Source: a virus. From it: 64,000 nucleotides of DNA. Made by a program: the position numbers and the translations under genes. The stretch covers positions 4,460 through 68,459 of IMG/VR virus record IMGVR_UViG_3300021419_000004. One strand, written 5' to 3'. Below, piece by piece: positions 61,888 through 64,000 of the stretch. A model generated the notes under the pieces. That model ran no database searches. It had not been told where the DNA came from and worked only from the letters and a program-made list of their open reading frames with translations. Within the stretch, counting starts at the first letter, position 1. The number at the start of each line of letters is the position of its first letter.

Positions 61888-64000
61888 CTACCCCTTGATC
61901 TCGGCCTGCTGAGCAGCAGCCTTGAGGATGCGGCGGATGCCGTCTCCCTGCTCCCACATCCACACCCAGGGGAGGGCCTCAAAGGGATTCTCCGCATCGC
62001 CGCTTTCGAAGAGCTGGACGCTCACCTCACCGGTGGGCTTCGTACCCTTGAGCACCGCCGGGGCATCGTAGAAGATGGCCTCGATGTAGGTGCCGTTGGG
62101 CGCCGTGGTGGACGCGGTGAACGTGTCAGCCAAGATGTCCGTGTCCCAGGAGAGCGGGAGGTTCTTGGTCGCCGTGGTCAGCACCTCCTCGTACTTGGAC
62201 ACGTCGTCCTCCACGTCCATCAGGTAGGGGTCACTGCCGGGAGTCACGGACACATCTGCACCGGCCTGCTGCAGAGCGACAAGCGCGGCACGCGCTGCTT
62301 GGGCATCGCGGGCGGAGGTGGGCTTGCCTTTGGAGCCGCGGATGTACCACAGCTGAGCGGCTCGGCTCCAGCGGAAGGCCTGCTTGCCGAACTGAGGCTC
62401 GGACGTGAACTTCACCCCCTTGATCACGTCCTTGAAGGGGTAGGTGCTGCCGGTGATGGTGACGCCCTCTTCGGGGGTCGCGGTGACGACGACCTGGCCG
62501 GTGGCGGGTGCTGGGCTCACCGTCTTCGCCGCCTGAGCCGCTGCCTTCTTCGGCCCCGGCTTCGCGTCCAACAGTTGCTGAGCTCGCTTCTCCTCTTGGC
62601 GGATGCCCACCGGGATGCTGACCCCGGCATCCCCAGCCTCGGCCATCTTGTCCCGCAGAAGCTCAAGGTGACCCTCCAGCAAGGTACGCACACCGTCTGC
62701 GCCTCCGTGCTGCTTGAAGGCGGCCACAGCGCCCACCACGTCGTCGTAGGCCTCAACCAGCTCGGCGCCGATGTCGGTCAGCTGGTCCGACAGCTCAGGG
62801 GTGAAGTTGGCCACGTCCTTCGCCGACCACAGCCGCGTGGAGGCGGTGCGCGCCCGCACAAGGCCCTTCTCCCCCTTCGCAGCTGCATCAGCCAGGGCCA
62901 CGTAGTGCTGCGGGATGAAGATGGAGCTCCACTTGGCGGAGCCGCCGCGGAGGTTCATAGCCTTCATCAGGGACTGGACCAGCACCTGCTGCTTCTGCGT
63001 GAGCTGCTGTCCCTGGGCCACGCCCACGTCCACGTAGCTGTAGCCGGTCCCTCGGCCCCCGCGGGCGTAGAACTTCACGCCAGGGATGGCGGCCTGGAGG
63101 ACAGCGCGGACAGCCTTGAGGCCGGTGGTGCGGCTGTCGGCGATGCTTCCCAAGCCGGTGGAGTCGGGGGAGCCCGCGATCTCGCGTTCTTGGCGATACT
63201 GGCCGTAGCCGTCGGTGATCATGTAGGGCTTGGCACCGGACAGGAACTCGCGCAGGTGTACAGACCAGGGACGCCTGCTCTCCTTCACCTCGCGGGTGTC
63301 CGCCCGCCGGGTGTAGAGCTTGACAGCGCCGTTGGGGTACACGTGCAGCACCTGTACATAGGTGCGCGGCCGCTCAGTGTCGTCCGGCATGAATGCCCGC
63401 TCGAGCACATAGACGCTGCTGTTCTTGATTCCCGCATCCAGCAGTCCGCGGCGTGTCGCCTGGGCCTCCCTGGACAAGGGGCTCTCCTCCAGCCACGTAG
63501 AGGCCGCCCGCCGCCAGTCCGGTACACCTGGCAGCACCGTGTCCCGGGAGTAGAGGCTGCGGTTCCTGGTGGTGTTGGCCCAGGTAACGCCGCCACCGGC
63601 TTGCTCAGGGTCGAAGAGGTCCGAGACGAAGCCCATCGAGCTGTTCACGTCGAAGCGGGCCCGCCAGATGGCGCCGTCTCCGTAGTCGATGCGGATGGTG
63701 GTCTTCTCGTAGGTGCCGGGGCTGCTCATACCCAGCTCCTCGGCCAGCGTGCGCTGCTCTACCATCCAGTTGAGCAGGTCCTCAGCGTCCTGCACCGACG
63801 CGAGCTCCACCTTCTCGGGGACGAAGCTGGCCGTGCTGCCGTCCATGATGATGGAGGTGATGGGGATGCCACCTCCGCCCATGACGGTCTTCACGGTGCG
63901 CGTGCGCGGGTCCGTGAGGGCTGAGATGCCTGCCAGCCCCTGCTCCTCGATGACCGAAGGTGCCGGGGGCAGGCCAGCTCCGACGGCGGGTGTGGTTTGC
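61888..64000 (-). CDS. Large polyvalent-type protein, partial (LPD25/LPD29-like domains)
   Basis: TYEKTTIRI...WRARFDV; VRAVLQAAIPGVKFYAR; GSTYPFKDVIK...FRW...WY; frame open to window edge. Confidence 0.65.
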   Translation of the reverse strand, partial: QTTPAVGAGLPPAPSVIEEQGLAGISALTDPRTRTVKTVMGGGGIPITSIIMDGSTASFVPEKVELASVQDAEDLLNWMVEQRTLAEELGMSSPGTYEKTTIRIDYGDGAIWRARFDVNSSMGFVSDLFDPEQAGGGVTWANTTRNRSLYSRDTVLPGVPDWRRAASTWLEESPLSREAQATRRGLLDAGIKNSSVYVLERAFMPDDTERPRTYVQVLHVYPNGAVKLYTRRADTREVKESRRPWSVHLREFLSGAKPYMITDGYGQYRQEREIAGSPDSTGLGSIADSRTTGLKAVRAVLQAAIPGVKFYARGGRGTGYSYVDVGVAQGQQLTQKQQVLVQSLMKAMNLRGGSAKWSSIFIPQHYVALADAAAKGEKGLVRARTASTRLWSAKDVANFTPELSDQLTDIGAELVEAYDDVVGAVAAFKQHGGADGVRTLLEGHLELLRDKMAEAGDAGVSIPVGIRQEEKRAQQLLDAKPGPKKAAAQAAKTVSPAPATGQVVVTATPEEGVTITGSTYPFKDVIKGVKFTSEPQFGKQAFRWSRAAQLWYIRGSKGKPTSARDAQAARAALVALQQAGADVSVTPGSDPYLMDVEDDVSKYEEVLTTATKNLPLSWDTDILADTFTASTTAPNGTYIEAIFYDAPAVLKGTKPTGEVSVQLFESGDAENPFEALPWVWMWEQGDGIRRILKAAAQQAEIKG

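Larger units (their letters stand above)
1..64000. mobile_element. Virus/provirus genome segment (probably tailless, membrane-containing; Myxococcota-like host), extending beyond both window edges
   Basis: Dense co-oriented operons with ATGA/GTGA overlaps, phage-type replication/recombination genes, structural module, integrase, no housekeeping genes; ORFs open at both edges. Confidence 0.85.

Noticed and set aside
5125-63924. Long opposite-strand ORFs (e.g. 5125-7212, 28095-30122, 34692-36980, 59462-61306, 62299-63924)
   Set aside because: Shadow frames of high-GC genes, without RBS or motifs and fully overlapping better-supported CDS
1-64000. Reverse transcriptase/DGR, retron, toxin-antitoxin, DNA polymerase, rRNA/tRNA
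   Set aside because: No supporting motifs seen in any translated frame or intergenic region

Overview
The whole 64 kb looks like part of one GC-rich virus or provirus genome, with no host housekeeping genes. Ultra-short MxLLLLAC lipoproteins and a DCDDxDPxxxPxAxEICDGxDNDCDG motif protein point to a Myxococcota-like host. The left arm (1-22956, minus strand) is an early replication, recombination and host-takeover region: Dam methylase, RecD/Dda-like helicase, SSB-like protein, Sak4/AAA_24 ATPase, PD-(D/E)XK nuclease, SNF2 helicase, FliA-like sigma factor, HNH nuclease, degenerate DUF3987 ATPase, a CheR-type methyltransferase, a permuted second adenine MTase and a degenerate tyrosine-recombinase-like protein. 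From 23344 to 34545 are mostly plus-strand hypothetical genes and an XRE HTH gene. 34758-52895 is an apparent morphogenesis operon with no recognisable terminase, portal, HK97 capsid, tail or packaging ATPase. It instead encodes a transglutaminase-like Cys enzyme, about 7 tail-anchored membrane proteins sharing xYG and basic-NP motifs, a membrane-anchored M15 peptidase, a protamine-like membrane-tethered protein and beta-rich single-jelly-roll-like capsid, vertex and spike candidates. I infer a large tailless internal-membrane virus with proteolytic maturation. The right arm carries an intact tyrosine recombinase, a dif-like 11-6-11 inverted repeat and large polyvalent-type proteins. Non-coding signals include a 16-bp operator found four times, GACAC leader motifs, hairpin-array leaders and a candidate sRNA. 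All family assignments come from motif recognition by eye, not from database searches.
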